Origin: Andalucia godoyi And28 | Lineage: Eukaryota; Protista; Jakobida | Length of the DNA stretch: 64,000 nt | Assembly: GCA_009859145.1 (NCBI GenBank) | Contig: VRVR01000062.1 | Coordinates: 62,001-126,000, forward strand | Direction: 5' to 3' | Shown here: piece by piece, positions 62,432 through 64,000 of the stretch | Layout: every line of letters starts with the position of its first letter | How positions within the stretch are numbered: position 1 is the stretch's first letter | Translations under genes and position numbers: made by a program | Notes under the pieces: model-generated | Database searches by the model: none | Told to the model about the DNA's origin: nothing | Seen by the model: the letters and a program-made list of their open reading frames with translations, nothing else

Positions 62432-62830
62432 TTACTGGTGCGTGGAGAACGGCTGGTAGATGCCAAAAGTGTTTCCCTCGGTGTCGATGAGATAGGCGTG
62501 GAAGCAGCGTCCTGGAACCGTGAATTTGGGCAGCGCGATTCTGCCGCCGAGCTCCACCGCGCGCTGCACGACATCGTCCACGTCTGCGACTTGAAACGAG
62601 CACACAAATGCATTCGTTCCGCTCTCGGTACTCGGAGGAGCCGCGCACGGACGCCTCAGCACGCCTCCGCACGCCCCTTTGTTCGCACTTGTCGTCGTTG
62701 TGCAAATGCGGTGGTACTCGATTTCGAGCGGCAGTTCAGTCGCCAGAGAAAACCGCCATCCAAATAAGGCGCTGTAAAAGGCACAGGCGCGCTGTACGTT
62801 GTCGGCTTGAATCTCAAAGTACACACTCAT
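62432..62830 (-). CDS. Bacterial-type VOC/glyoxalase-bleomycin-resistance family protein
   Basis: MSVYFEIQADNVQRACAFYSALFGW...GGVLRRP...FVCSFQVADVDDVVQRAVELGGRIALPKFTVPGRCFHAYLIDTEGNTFGIYQ matches small bacterial VOC proteins. ATG at 62830. Confidence 0.9.
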   Translation of the reverse strand: MSVYFEIQADNVQRACAFYSALFGWRFSLATELPLEIEYHRICTTTTSANKGACGGVLRRPCAAPPSTESGTNAFVCSFQVADVDDVVQRAVELGGRIALPKFTVPGRCFHAYLIDTEGNTFGIYQPFSTHQ

Positions 62831-63224
62831 TCGTCTTGCACAGTGGATCTTCACTCTCCTCGATTTCCTGGCCCGTACTCTCTCCTCTCTCCTCTCTCCT
62901 CTCTCCTCTCTCTCTTCGACTGAGTTCGGGCCTGGGGGAGTCGGGAATTTGCATGGAATTGGCATCGTTGAGTCGCTTGATGGATCCGGGTCCTCTTTGT
63001 GCCCTCACCTCCAGGCCCAATGCGAAAAAGTCGTGAATCCATCCGGCCAGTCGAGTTTTGTCATATTGCAGGTCGTTTTCCTTTGGCTGTTCTCGGATCC
63101 TGTTTTCCTGTTTTCCTGTTTTCCTGTTTTTCCTGTTTTCCTTTTTCTTTTTCCTTTCCGCGCTTTCCCCCCTCCCTTTTCTATTTTGTTTGTTCCTGTA
63201 ATTTCATACGTACACACACGAAAG

Positions 63225-64000
63225 ATGGTTCTTCATTTGATTGGAATGGCTGCTGGTGCGCATTCTCATTCGCAGCAGCACTCACAGAACCCGAGCTACA
63301 ATCCGCAGGCGTGCCAGCGAGACCCGGTGCACAACCCGTTTTCTCTGGATGTGCTGTACATGCCGATTCCAGAGACAGTGATGCCGACCGGCAGCTTGTC
63401 TGTATCCACTGCGGCGCTGGCCCAGTCGTATGCATGCATGCCGCACTCGATTCCTGCGTCGAATGCGGTGGTCACCGGCGGCGCGCTCCTTGTTCTCTCG
63501 GCACAGGCAGGACTGCTGCACGAGTCGTACGACGGATGCGATCCCGCAACGCCATTCCGGCTTGGGACGGCTTCGCATGCGTTTGTCTCACTTGCAGCAC
63601 TGCTGGCATCGTCATTGGGACTGATCCCGGCGATGGATGCACCAGTGGCGCAGTGCATTACCGAGTGGGCAGCCGATCCGTTGAAGGCGCGGATTACGCT
63701 GCGGCAGCTGCTTGAGTGCACCTCGACGCTAGACCCGGGATCGATTCAGAGCCCTGCGCCGCCGTCCAATGCGCTGTGGGCTCCGTGCACGGGAGGGCCG
63801 TTCCGATATGGATCGACGCCGTACCAGGTGGTGCTGGAGGTGCTTTCTCGGGGAGTGACCAGACCAAGCATCGCCGGGTCTGTCGTGCTGGGTGGGCTCG
63901 CGATGCCTTGCTCGCTGGACGACTTTATGAACTACTTTTTCAGGGAAAAGATCGGAATGCGGTCATTTGTGTTTTCGGTCATGGAGGGTGTTAGCATCAA
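63225..64000 (+). CDS. Beta-lactamase/penicillin-binding-protein-fold (serine hydrolase) protein with non-canonical active-site motifs; 3' end runs off the window
   Basis: Not in the ORF track. Open from ATG 63225 to the edge: DPATPFRLGTASHAFVSLAALLASSLGLIPAMDAPVAQCITEWAADPLKARITLRQLLECTSTL resembles F.iaSxxK...G.l.lDdpv..ylpew......ITirqLL..tSGl. PFRYGSTPYQVV resembles F.YsN..y. FFREKIGM resembles lf.plGM. Confidence 0.78.
   Translation, partial: MVLHLIGMAAGAHSHSQQHSQNPSYNPQACQRDPVHNPFSLDVLYMPIPETVMPTGSLSVSTAALAQSYACMPHSIPASNAVVTGGALLVLSAQAGLLHESYDGCDPATPFRLGTASHAFVSLAALLASSLGLIPAMDAPVAQCITEWAADPLKARITLRQLLECTSTLDPGSIQSPAPPSNALWAPCTGGPFRYGSTPYQVVLEVLSRGVTRPSIAGSVVLGGLAMPCSLDDFMNYFFREKIGMRSFVFSVMEGVSI

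Noticed and set aside
1-64000. Stop-codon reassignment or readthrough
   Set aside because: Confident genes end in TAA (TRM112), TGA (RPB11) and TAG (PSME4) at the expected C-termini; in-frame stops occur only in decayed relics.

Overview
This is gene-dense, intron-poor eukaryotic nuclear DNA from a probably flagellated unicellular eukaryote. The evidence is a CEP19 homologue, core eukaryotic genes (RPB11, CNOT10, PSME4/Blm10, URI1, XRCC3, TRM112, SAPS, DENN-PH, mRNA guanylyltransferase) and abundant microsatellites. TAA, TAG and TGA all terminate confident genes, so the standard code applies. The taxon cannot be fixed from the sequence; a jakobid-like protist is only a guess. About 32 protein-coding genes can be supported. 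Two are missing from the ORF track because they run off the window edges: a bacterial-type RlmD-like [4Fe-4S] RNA m5U methyltransferase (<1-1257, minus) and a beta-lactamase/PBP-fold protein with a degenerate active site (63225->64000, plus). One gene, a bacterial-type M23 peptidase, needs a 143-nt GT-AG intron, the only intron I could infer in 64 kb. A decayed IS630/Tc1-type DDE transposase lies at about 13.0-13.5 kb, next to one of two copies of a dispersed ~100-bp element. The most interesting signal is a set of bacterial-type genes. At the right end sit a LysAC-type diaminopimelate decarboxylase, a single-domain Fluc fluoride channel, a VOC protein and the PBP-fold protein; the M23 peptidase is at 33-34 kb. 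Some of these could form a peptidoglycan-to-lysine salvage route in a bacterivore (hypothesis only). No rRNA, tRNA or CRISPR array was found. All family assignments come from motif recognition by eye, with no database search.
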